A stretch of 64,000 bases of DNA, from NCBI GenBank assembly GCA_034180415.1, contig JAXFOK010000059.1:31772-95771 (forward strand), in the 5' to 3' direction. The notes beneath the pieces were generated by a model. The model was not told the origin of the DNA and made no database searches. It was given only the letters and a program-made list of their open reading frames with translations. How positions within the stretch are numbered: position 1 is the stretch's first letter; each line of letters starts with the position of its first letter. Below, piece by piece: positions 38,304-47,911 of this stretch. This stretch comes from Bdellovibrionota bacterium (GTDB lineage: Bacteria; Bdellovibrionota_C; UBA2361; CAKMMH01). Position numbers and translations under genes: made by a program.

Positions 38304-40220
38304 ATGCTAATTTATGAACGAAGCTTAATAGATATAAAAAAAAGGGTAAATATTTATGCCGTTATAATTATAATTATTTTTTTGGTAATAATTTTAAGAT
38401 TAGTTTATTTACAACTTTTTAATTCGGAATATTTTAAAGATCGTTCAGAAAACAACCTATTAAGAACCGTTTATATGCAAGCTCCACGAGGTATAATTTA
38501 TGATAGAAATGGTCAGGAGCTTGTAGGAAATCGTCCATCATTTAACATCGAAATAACGACTGAAGACTGCCCTGATATTAAAAAGGTTTTAAAAAAATTA
38601 TCTAAAATTTCAAATATTCCACTTGAAACATTAGAATTAAAAGTTAAAGACCATACTAAAAGACGACGCTTTGAACCAAAAGTTTTAATAAAAGATATCG
38701 ATAGAGATTTACTTGCAAAGATAGTTGTTCATAAATATGAATTGCCAGGTGTAATTGTAAATATCATTCCAACTCGTGATTATAAATATAATAATTTTGC
38801 ATCACATGTTATAGGATACATTAGAGAGTTAAATCAAGATCAATTAAAAAACCCCAGATTTTCAAAACTTGGCTATATTATGGGTGATATTGTTGGTCAA
38901 TATGGGATAGAATCAAAATGGGAAGAATATCTTCAAGGAAAAAAAGGAGTACAACTTGTTAAAGTAAATGCAAATGGTATTAGAATTAGCGAGGAATCAT
39001 TTGACGCAGAAGTCCCTGGAAATAGTATTTATTTAACTATCGATAAAGATGTACAACTTGCAAGCGACAAAGCACTAGAAGGTATGAAGGGAGCAGTTGT
39101 AGCTCTTAATCCAAATACAGGTGAAATATTAGCAATGTCTTCTGCCCCTGCTTTTGATCCTAATATTTTTACGAAAGAGCTTTCTAGTGAAACATGGAAA
39201 GATTTAAATGGACCACTAAGAAAACTTCACAATAGAGCAATTCAAGGGGCATACCCACCAGGCTCTGTATTTAAAGCTGTGATGGCAGTAGCCGGACTTT
39301 CAGAAGGTGTAATAACAAAAGATACTAAGATCAATTGTCCAGGATATTTGTCTTTTGGTCATAGACGTTATCATTGTCATAAGCATTCTGGACATGGCCC
39401 TGTAAACTTAGAAATGGCTATGGCTTCGTCTTGTGATGTATACTTTTATGTATTAGGTCAAAGACTAGGGATAGATAGAATTCATGAATATGCTAAAAAA
39501 TTTGGGTTCGATAGGAAAAGTGGAATAAATCTTTTTAATGAAAACCCTGGATTAATACCTTCTACAGCGTGGAAAAAGAAATATTATAAAAGCACACCTT
39601 CTCAACAAAAATGGTTTCCAGGTGAAACGCTCTCTGTTGCTATTGGACAAGGTGCAAATTTAGTAACCCCTCTTCAACAAGCGAACATGATAGCAACCAT
39701 TGTTAATGGTGGCACGCTCTATAAACCATATTTAGTTAAAAAGATTGTTTCATACGATAATCAATTTATAGATGATAATTTTGGTAAAAGTGAAATTGAA
39801 AAAGTAGATGTTCCAAAGGATATTCTTGATACGGTAAAAGCTAGTTTAGTTAGTGTTGTAAATAACGAAAAAGGTACCGGAAAAAGAGCAAGATTAGATA
39901 AAAGATTCAATATTACAGTTGGAGGAAAATCAGGTACTTCTCAAGTTATAAGCCTAAACTACAAATCAAACGACGAAAAACTAAAAGATCATGGCTGGTT
40001 TGTAGGATTTGCGCCAGTTGAAAAACCTGAAATTGTAGTAGCAGTGCTTGCAGAAAATGGAGGTGGTGGAGGCGCTGTAGCAGCTCCTATAGTTAAAACT
40101 GTACTCGAAGCATACTTTGATAAAAAATATCCACAAAAAGAAGAAAACTCTGAAAATGACAATTCAAAAAATAATAATGATAAAAATATTAAGGAAATAA
40201 AAGCTAATGTTACTAGATAG
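38304..40220 (+). CDS. mrdA: Penicillin-binding protein 2 (elongasome transpeptidase)
   Basis: It has an N-terminal TM helix plus GSVFK (SxxK), SCD and KSGTS (KTG-type) motifs. Confidence 0.9.
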   Translation: MLIYERSLIDIKKRVNIYAVIIIIIFLVIILRLVYLQLFNSEYFKDRSENNLLRTVYMQAPRGIIYDRNGQELVGNRPSFNIEITTEDCPDIKKVLKKLSKISNIPLETLELKVKDHTKRRRFEPKVLIKDIDRDLLAKIVVHKYELPGVIVNIIPTRDYKYNNFASHVIGYIRELNQDQLKNPRFSKLGYIMGDIVGQYGIESKWEEYLQGKKGVQLVKVNANGIRISEESFDAEVPGNSIYLTIDKDVQLASDKALEGMKGAVVALNPNTGEILAMSSAPAFDPNIFTKELSSETWKDLNGPLRKLHNRAIQGAYPPGSVFKAVMAVAGLSEGVITKDTKINCPGYLSFGHRRYHCHKHSGHGPVNLEMAMASSCDVYFYVLGQRLGIDRIHEYAKKFGFDRKSGINLFNENPGLIPSTAWKKKYYKSTPSQQKWFPGETLSVAIGQGANLVTPLQQANMIATIVNGGTLYKPYLVKKIVSYDNQFIDDNFGKSEIEKVDVPKDILDTVKASLVSVVNNEKGTGKRARLDKRFNITVGGKSGTSQVISLNYKSNDEKLKDHGWFVGFAPVEKPEIVVAVLAENGGGGGAVAAPIVKTVLEAYFDKKYPQKEENSENDNSKNNNDKNIKEIKANVTR

Positions 40221-41349
40221 AAGACTAATAACAAATTTTGATTGGAAGTTAGTATTATCAATCATTTTAATACCATTAATGGGATTAATAGTTCTTTATA
40301 GTGCTGGATATAATCCACTTGAAACAGTAACACTAATTGATGGAAATTTATTTAATTTAGAAATAAAAAGTATTCCTGCTTTTAAACAATTTATATACCT
40401 AACAGCAGGAATAATAATAATGGTTATTGTTGCATTAATCCCCACAGAATTTTTCAAAAAATATGCTTACCTTTTTTATTTTATTACGATACTACTTTTA
40501 ATTACTGTAATGGTTTACGGTAGCGTATCAAAAGGCTCAAGAAGATGGATAGATTTTGGAATACTAAAATTACAACCTTCCGAATTTGCAAAGCTTGCAA
40601 CAATGATTGCAATGGCAAAATATTTATCATCAAATACAACTAAAAGTTTATTAGATTTAAAGCATCTCTTTATTCCTCTACTTTTAGTATTTCTTCCATT
40701 TATATTAATAGTAACAGAACCTGATTTAGGAACTAGCTTAGCAGTAATGTTTCCAGCTGTAGCAATGATTTTATTTATTGGTATTAAATTGCGAATTTTA
40801 TTAACAACATTTATTTTAGGTGGTCTTTCATTAATACCTTTTTGGCATTTCCTAGCACCATACCAAAAAAGAAGAGTTACTGCGCTTTTTAATCCAGATT
40901 TCGATCCATTAGGAGCTGGTTATCATATTATTCAATCAAAAATTGCAGTAGGTTCAGGAGGGCTTTGGGGAAAAGGTTTTTTAAAGGGTACACAAACTCA
41001 GCTACTTTTTTTACCTGAACATACGACTGACTTCATATTTTCAGTATTAGCAGAAGAATGGGGATTTATAGGTTGCCTATTACTTTTGTTTTTATACTTT
41101 GTATTGCTATATAGATTACTAAGTATAGTTGTAAAATGTAATAATTTATTTACTTCCCTTCTATGCATAGGTGTAACATCATACATATTTTTCCATGTTC
41201 TTGTTAATATAGGTATGGTTATAGGATTACTTCCAGTTGTAGGAATACCACTTGTGTTATTTAGTTACGGAGGATCATCTATGTTAAGTACAATGGTATC
41301 GCTCGGTGTTATACTTGGAATTAGTATTAGAAAAAATTTTTTTAAATAG
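40207..41349 (+). CDS. rodA: SEDS-family peptidoglycan polymerase RodA
   Basis: It has 10 TM helices. SEDS motifs are present: QPSEFAKL, EPDLGT, GSGGLWGKGF, PEHTTDFIFS, SYGGSS. Confidence 0.9.
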   Translation: MLLDRRLITNFDWKLVLSIILIPLMGLIVLYSAGYNPLETVTLIDGNLFNLEIKSIPAFKQFIYLTAGIIIMVIVALIPTEFFKKYAYLFYFITILLLITVMVYGSVSKGSRRWIDFGILKLQPSEFAKLATMIAMAKYLSSNTTKSLLDLKHLFIPLLLVFLPFILIVTEPDLGTSLAVMFPAVAMILFIGIKLRILLTTFILGGLSLIPFWHFLAPYQKRRVTALFNPDFDPLGAGYHIIQSKIAVGSGGLWGKGFLKGTQTQLLFLPEHTTDFIFSVLAEEWGFIGCLLLLFLYFVLLYRLLSIVVKCNNLFTSLLCIGVTSYIFFHVLVNIGMVIGLLPVVGIPLVLFSYGGSSMLSTMVSLGVILGISIRKNFFK

Positions 41350-41368
41350 AAAAATTATTAAAAAAAAA

Positions 41369-41398
41369 GGCCACAACAAATTACATTGTGGTCTTTTT
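41369..41398 (+). terminator. Rho-independent terminator after rodA
   Basis: The hairpin is GGCCACAA-caaattaca-TTGTGGTC followed by TTTTT. Confidence 0.7.
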
Positions 41399-41974
41399 AA
41401 AAGTAGCGCTACTTAACATTATTTGACGCATTTTTGTAAGCGTCTATTCTTTGACGCAATATCGTTTCTGCATTGGATGTGATTGCCCACAAAGCCACTC
41501 TAAATCTTCTAAAGTGACGTTATTGTCACTAATCAGCCTATTTTGCTCTTTTTGCAATATCATCTATAGAAACTTCTTTTGAATGTAAAAACCCTAAAAC
41601 AAAATATTTACACGAAATTTCAGAGGGAGCGCGCTGAATGATTTCGTACCAATAGGGATTACCTATCCGAAAGCAAAGTATTTTTTTCTTCAATTTCTTT
41701 GTCGTATTTTGTTTCTAGGCAAAAAGAACTTGGATATTTTTCCATATTATAGCCCTTTATTGCTAATATTAACCAAAATTTTTATGATAACCTCTTAAAA
41801 GGAGTACGAGGAAGATAGATTTTCTTAATAACTATATTAGATCTATTTATTTTCATGAAAATATCTTAATATATTGAAAATATTAGTTTTTTAATTCAGT
41901 AATAAAATCACCTATTAAAATATCCTTTATTTACATAATAATAGCAATAACATTCAGATAATCTCTAGAAAATT

Positions 41975-42694
41975 CTAAATCGTACTTACACTATGAGCAC
42001 TTACCCTATAAGAATGGTCACCTTGAGAGTCAGACATTGGATTAGAATGAGAATTGTAAACATTATTATATAAAACTGTTCCATATGGATTTTGTTCGTT
42101 TTTTAAATATATAGACTTTTGATTATATTTCCTTGCAATTTCTTCTAACTCTAAAAGATCATTATTATCAACACAAGTAGTTTGATACGAAATTTCGGCA
42201 TTGCCTTCATAATAACCTACATTTAATTTTATTCTATCTTTTTCAAATCCTATCTTTTCTAACTCCTTAAAAAAAATAGTAATCAATTTAGCATATGACT
42301 CATCAGTATATTCATTAAAAGGATCTTCATTTCCATTTTGATGAAATGTTATACAAGCAAAATCATCTTCAATTTCAACAGGCCCATATAATGAAGTTGC
42401 TAAACCATTTTTATCAAAAATTAAACTATATATTCCATCCTAAAGGCATGTGTCAGTATCATTGAAATTTTTAAAATTTTTAGCAAAATTTTTAACAATA
42501 TTTAATACACCTTTATATAGTGATACCTCTTGCATAAGTAAGTTAGAAAAGTTATCAGCATATTTATTTAATTCTTTTGGACCATTTAAAACTCTAATCG
42601 TGGAAATACATACATCATCGATTAAACTAATTTCATATCCTAATCCCTTAGTTAAGTCATTATCAGCATTTACAGTGTAACATTTACAGTGCAA
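41975..42694 (-). pseudogene. Disrupted gene of unknown function (single in-frame TAG plus probable 5' frameshift)
   Basis: Track ORFs 42440-42694 and 41975-42286 are in the same frame. They are separated by TAG (42440-42442) and then 51 open codons with no ATG/GTG/TTG. The only upstream ATG (42717) is out of frame. Confidence 0.5.
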
Positions 42695-42954
42695 CTTATA
42701 TTCTTACTATTAACCATATAGTGATTATGTGTCATACACACAACCTTTTACGTATTAAATATCAAAGAAAAACCTATTATTGTCTAACCTTTCATATTAG
42801 TATTTCTGCTTCATATTTTCAGAATAAAAATTGGATATTTATCATATAAATTCTGATAAATAACTAATTGTAAAAAATTATAAATATATTAATATTCATC
42901 ATAAATTCTTTAAATCTTGACTTATCAAATGAAACAAATTAGATTATTTTACAT

Positions 42955-43038
42955 GCCTGGATGGTGGAATTGGTAGACACGTTGGATTCAAAATCCAATG
43001 CTAGTAATAGCATGAGGGTTCGACCCCCTCTCTAGGCA
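42955..43038 (+). tRNA. tRNA-Leu (anticodon CAA), type II with long variable arm
   Basis: The acceptor stem is GCCTGGA/TCTAGGC. The anticodon stem-loop is TTGGA-TTCAAAA-TCCAA. The variable arm is TGCTAGTAATAGCA and the T arm is GAGGG-TTCGACC-CCCTC. The discriminator is A and CCA is not encoded. Confidence 0.95.
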
Positions 43039-43204
43039 ATTTAATATTCCAATTTTTCAATATTATATCAGTTGATTTAATATAAATTAAAGAATTTCCC
43101 TACTTTGAAGTGCAGCGTACATATTTATTTCAAAAAATGGTTGATTAATTCTCAATTCTTTAAATTTTTACGTGATACTTCATCTATATGTTCAGCAATT
43201 GAGT

Positions 43205-43630
43205 TTAAGTCAACCCCCTTAGATTCCATATACCAATAAGAAGCTCAATGCGCCCTACATCATCTTCACTCTTACTTTTATCCATAATATCCATATACTT
43301 TAATGTCAATTCAGTAAAAAACTTTAATGAATCATCTGTATATCTGTTTTCATCTTTTGTAAGAATATGAGTTGCCATAATATCAATTAGATTCTATGTC
43401 TTTTGAAATTTTTTATCTTCTAAATTAGTCTTTATTCCTTTTTGGCACTTATCTCTTAATTTTTCATCCGATAATTTTGTTTTAAATTCATTTTCTTTGT
43501 CAGGCTGAATTATAGTAACCAATTTTATTACAAAGTTTACATAATCTACAAAATCTAAATCAAAAGTATTAGAATTCATATTCAAATACCTGTTTATAAC
43601 TTTTAGTACCAAATCAAAAGGTCCCGTCAT
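43205..43630 (-). pseudogene. Two in-frame small ORFs (78 aa + 57 aa) split by one TAG; either a decayed gene or two tiny genes
   Basis: TAG lies at 43394-43396. Five codons later an in-frame ATG (43378) opens MATHILTKDENRY...NLRGLT, which ends with TAA at 43205-43207. Confidence 0.3.
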
Positions 43631-43786
43631 GATCTATCCTCTATCTTAAGAAATACACGTAAATTCGTTATAATTTGTACTTCAATTTAGTATCATTATT
43701 ATCAATACAAAAAACGTAAAGAACCGCATTTTTTATAAATATTACAGCTATTTAAAAAATTCTAAATTTTGTTATAATAAAAATTT

Positions 43787-45991
43787 ATGAGTTATATAAA
43801 TAGAAATATATTTAATAATTTTAATAAATTAGTTAATTTTCCCATATTAAACGGTTTCATTATTGGTATCTTAAGTCTCTTATTATTAAATCCAAACTTC
43901 GAAATCATAAATATCACTTTAAATTTTAAATTGTTAACTATTATTTCAGCGTTTTTAATTTTACTTCTTACATACGGACTTATTAAATCTAAGGGAAAGT
44001 TTTCAAGTATTGGTATTGGTCTATCTTTAATAATTTTATTTTTTTCAAACACATTAAATAATACCTATTCTCTACTTCACGGACCAATAATTAAAGGTGA
44101 AATCTTACTATTTTTTCTAATATTTTTTGTCTTACTTATTAACAATAAACAAAAGTATATTTATAAAATTTTATTACTATCTCCTATTATTCTTGCTGCG
44201 ATTTTCTTATTTGAATCAAAACAAAATTTGGTTTGGTCAGATGATAACCCAACATTTTCATATAGGCTTGAAGCATTAAAAAGATTTTTTCCAAATATCC
44301 CATTTTACTTTACAGGTTGGAACTCAGGACTTGATGCAAGAGATTTTTTTGCAACAGGTGCGCTAAATATTTTCTTTTTAGCCTATCCTATTATTAAAAT
44401 TTTAAATATAACTAAACACTACAATATTATTTTAATATACCTTCTTTTTATTTTACTTCCCCTTTTTAACATATTAGCAGCAAAAATTCTTAAAAAAGAC
44501 TTTAAATTTATTGCAATAGTTTCTGTATTAAGCGTAACAAACTCACTTTTTTGGTATCGTTGGGCCTTAAAATACGGGACACTTGGATTTATAACGAGCA
44601 CAAGTTTGGCTCCTTTAGTATTTGTACTAGCAAGTAAACTTTTAAGTAAAAATGAAAATTTATCTAAAAATGAAGCAATACTTTTGGTAGTCACCACTTC
44701 ACTTCTTCTTCTTTGGAGTGCCGCAGGACTTATTTTTATCCCTTGTATTCTATTAGGTATTATATTTTTAAATAGGCTGCTTAAGAAAAAATATGTTTGT
44801 AAAATAATTTTAAGCCTAATGCTTATAAATATTCCTTGGATTATTATTTTCTTTTCAGCATCAAATGTAGGAAATTTTATAAAAGCTGAAAAAAGCACTG
44901 AATTAGTAAACATAGAAACAAAAATCAATTCTCATAACAATCAATTAACAAATAACTTAAAAATTGAAGGAGAAAAGACTTTTAAAACAAAAGCTACAAG
45001 TATTACCTTATCTAAATCTTTAAAAATCTTAAGAGAAACTCTAATAGGTGTAAATCCAATAATATATTTGTTTGTTCTAACTGGAATCTTTTTATTACCC
45101 AATACTTATAAAAACACATTTATATTAACATTTATTTGGCTTTTATTTTTAGGAACTGCTTATAGTCAAGTCAAGCCTCAAATGGAATTAGATAGAATGC
45201 TAATAGTATTAAGTATTCTAAGTATTATTCCTTGTGCTTTTAGCTTAGAAGAGCTTACAAAGCTTAGCTTTAATAAGTATACATGTTTATTAAATGCTTT
45301 AATACTATCCTTTATTTTTACAGGGATATTATCAACTGGAAGTATATTAAAAAATCGCACAGTTGAAGTTTATTACAGACAAAATGATAGTATAAAAAAT
45401 CTAATAAACTTTCTTAAAAATTATGAAAGTAAAGGAAGGATACTATTTTCAGGATTCGTTCTCCACGATTTTGGAGGTGGTCATATAGCACCTCTTCCCT
45501 TTATGACAGGAAAACAACTTATAGCTTCTAGTCCTTTTCATAATGTATGGAAATACACAGAGGTCATACCTAAAGAATTCTTAAGAGAAGACTATAAAAT
45601 TGAAAACTACTTAAAACTTCAAAATGTTGAATTAGTAATCGCACATGAAAAATACTGGAGAGATTACTTTTTAAATAATATTAATTTTGAAGAAATTTAT
45701 AAATTTAATAACTATAAAATATTTAAATATAAAAATTTTTCAGATTCGTATATTTTAACAGGTAAAATTAAGAATATTGAAATTTTGGATAATAAAATTA
45801 ACCTTACCCCATTATCAAAGGATATAGTCTTAAAATTTAATTACTTCCCTTTTTTGAAAACAAATAATTGTAAGATTTCTAATGAAAGCGTTTCTGAATC
45901 AATTAATTTTATTAAACTTTCTGATTGCGATATTGGTAAAGCAACAACTATTAAAGCTAAAAATGCATTTTTAAGAGTATTTAAAAAATGA
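43787..45991 (+). CDS. Large polytopic membrane protein with C-terminal soluble domain (GT-C-like glycosyltransferase?)
   Basis: It has 12 or more hydrophobic helices in ~520 aa, then a ~200-aa soluble region. The function is a guess from architecture only. Confidence 0.5.
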   Translation: MSYINRNIFNNFNKLVNFPILNGFIIGILSLLLLNPNFEIINITLNFKLLTIISAFLILLLTYGLIKSKGKFSSIGIGLSLIILFFSNTLNNTYSLLHGPIIKGEILLFFLIFFVLLINNKQKYIYKILLLSPIILAAIFLFESKQNLVWSDDNPTFSYRLEALKRFFPNIPFYFTGWNSGLDARDFFATGALNIFFLAYPIIKILNITKHYNIILIYLLFILLPLFNILAAKILKKDFKFIAIVSVLSVTNSLFWYRWALKYGTLGFITSTSLAPLVFVLASKLLSKNENLSKNEAILLVVTTSLLLLWSAAGLIFIPCILLGIIFLNRLLKKKYVCKIILSLMLINIPWIIIFFSASNVGNFIKAEKSTELVNIETKINSHNNQLTNNLKIEGEKTFKTKATSITLSKSLKILRETLIGVNPIIYLFVLTGIFLLPNTYKNTFILTFIWLLFLGTAYSQVKPQMELDRMLIVLSILSIIPCAFSLEELTKLSFNKYTCLLNALILSFIFTGILSTGSILKNRTVEVYYRQNDSIKNLINFLKNYESKGRILFSGFVLHDFGGGHIAPLPFMTGKQLIASSPFHNVWKYTEVIPKEFLREDYKIENYLKLQNVELVIAHEKYWRDYFLNNINFEEIYKFNNYKIFKYKNFSDSYILTGKIKNIEILDNKINLTPLSKDIVLKFNYFPFLKTNNCKISNESVSESINFIKLSDCDIGKATTIKAKNAFLRVFKK

Positions 45992-47784
45992 AAAATATCA
46001 CTTTACTAAAATTTCTTAAATTTATTTTTTTAATAATCTTTGTTGGGTTATGTATTATTACATTCAAGACTAATTTATCTGATAGCTCTTTAGAATTTCT
46101 TTCTAAATTAAATTTAATTAACGATAATTCATTCACTAATTTAATTGATTATTCTTCAAATTCATATTACAAATGGAAATTTAATACCTACATATTTGGA
46201 ATATCTAAATATTTATCCTCCTCATTTTCTTTGAATTTTAATACTGTCATTTATTATGTATGCTTAATATTCTTCTTTATTTTTAATACATACTTAACTA
46301 AGTGTATTAATCAAAAAATTTCAACATTAGCAGCAAGTATTATATCATTAAATTTCTTAATATTATTAATATTACTTTTTGGAAACAAAACATATGTAAT
46401 ATCAAGTATCACATTCTTACCTTTTTTTCTTTTTTCACTAATAAATGTAAATAAAGAAAACAAAAATACATTATTAAGTACTTTAGTATATCTTTTATCT
46501 CTTGTTTTTTTAATAAAATCATCAAATCATTTTTCTTTTTTATTCATAATCTTTTCTTTTGTAATTATTTCATTTTTAAAACCTGAAAAAGTAAAATTTT
46601 CAAAGTTACATATAATTCTTTTAATAATTGCTATTACCTCATCGTTATTTTATATAACATTTAAGATTCCATATATTGATTCTTTTGATTACCCTTGGTA
46701 CGCAAGAGTGGCGCAAGATGATGGACTTCCAGGTGTTATTAGGCCACTACTAAATGAAAGTGCATTAATTTCATATGTTGATGAAATTTCAGAAAAACAT
46801 CTTTATTTACCGGTAGTATCATTTATTTCTATATACATTTTATTTATTATTATGCACTCATTTAGCTCAGAAAATTTGAAAAATAAATACTTATCATATT
46901 TTCTTTTATTTTTTATTATATCATTTCTGTGTGAATTCTATTTATCACCTAGTTTATCTTTAATTTTATTTTTTAAAACTATATGGAGAACGATACCTAG
47001 TATTTTGTCATTTTCATTCTATCCGATATTTTTATTTTTAATGTTATTTTCATTCTATATCTTTATTACACAAAATATTAAAAATTTTATATTTTTATTC
47101 ATTCTAAATGTTGTACTTGGAATCAATGTGATCTCATCAAATTATAAACCAGTTTTAATAAAAGATGATGCAATAAAATTTATGAAGATCACTATTAAGA
47201 ATAATTACTTAAATTCGCAGCATAAAAACATAATTTTATCTCCTAGCGCATCTGTTATAAAATTATACGGATATAATTACTTAATTAATAAGGATAATTA
47301 TTTAAATAAAAATATTTATAGGAATATAAAAGTATTAAGCCCAACTCTTACATCTAATTATGGTGAAAATTCTCTAAATCAAATTTTAAATAAAAATAAC
47401 AATAAACGATATACTACATTACTTGGTAAACAAATCGGGAAAGAATGGATCAAGATTTCTACAAAAGAAAAAAATAATATTTTAGGAATAATGCTTGATG
47501 TCGGAAATTTTAAAACTGATTTTCCAACATCAATTTTAGTAAAAACTTGCGATGATGATAAGGAAAACTCAATTAAAGAAATTAATAACCTTGGAAATAT
47601 CGAATTTACTCCGAGTAATCTGCCATACTTTGGTGGACAAAATATTATAACAATCTTATTTGATGAGATGATAAATACAAGCTGTATTAAAATTCTTCAA
47701 ACTGGAATAAATGACAATTTTGAATGGTCAATTTCACAAATTAAATTTATACTTCCTGAAAAAGCTAGAAAAAATAAGGCATGA
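45988..47784 (+). CDS. Large polytopic membrane protein with C-terminal discoidin-like domain
   Basis: Its start overlaps the upstream stop (ATGA at 45988-45991). About 10 or more TM helices are followed by a C-terminal ~140 aa ending ILQTGINDNFEWSISQIKFILPE, which looks F5/8 type C-like. Confidence 0.5.
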   Translation: MKNITLLKFLKFIFLIIFVGLCIITFKTNLSDSSLEFLSKLNLINDNSFTNLIDYSSNSYYKWKFNTYIFGISKYLSSSFSLNFNTVIYYVCLIFFFIFNTYLTKCINQKISTLAASIISLNFLILLILLFGNKTYVISSITFLPFFLFSLINVNKENKNTLLSTLVYLLSLVFLIKSSNHFSFLFIIFSFVIISFLKPEKVKFSKLHIILLIIAITSSLFYITFKIPYIDSFDYPWYARVAQDDGLPGVIRPLLNESALISYVDEISEKHLYLPVVSFISIYILFIIMHSFSSENLKNKYLSYFLLFFIISFLCEFYLSPSLSLILFFKTIWRTIPSILSFSFYPIFLFLMLFSFYIFITQNIKNFIFLFILNVVLGINVISSNYKPVLIKDDAIKFMKITIKNNYLNSQHKNIILSPSASVIKLYGYNYLINKDNYLNKNIYRNIKVLSPTLTSNYGENSLNQILNKNNNKRYTTLLGKQIGKEWIKISTKEKNNILGIMLDVGNFKTDFPTSILVKTCDDDKENSIKEINNLGNIEFTPSNLPYFGGQNIITILFDEMINTSCIKILQTGINDNFEWSISQIKFILPEKARKNKA

Positions 47785-47911
47785 TTACTAAAAAGTGCTC
47801 ATAATTCCCTTGTTAAATTATTTTTAACGTAACTAGTTTTTATACTATGCATTTTCATGATAGACATTTTAATTTTAAATAGAAATTTACTAGAATAACT
47901 TTTTTAACCTA

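Noticed and set aside
42440-43396. The two in-frame TAG codons near tRNA-Leu as programmed readthrough, amber suppression or a reassigned stop.
   Set aside because: TAG is used as the ordinary stop of several clearly intact genes in the window (mreD, mrdA, rodA, the CBS protein, the LysM lipoprotein). The neighbouring tRNA has anticodon CAA, not CTA. Decay is the simpler explanation.
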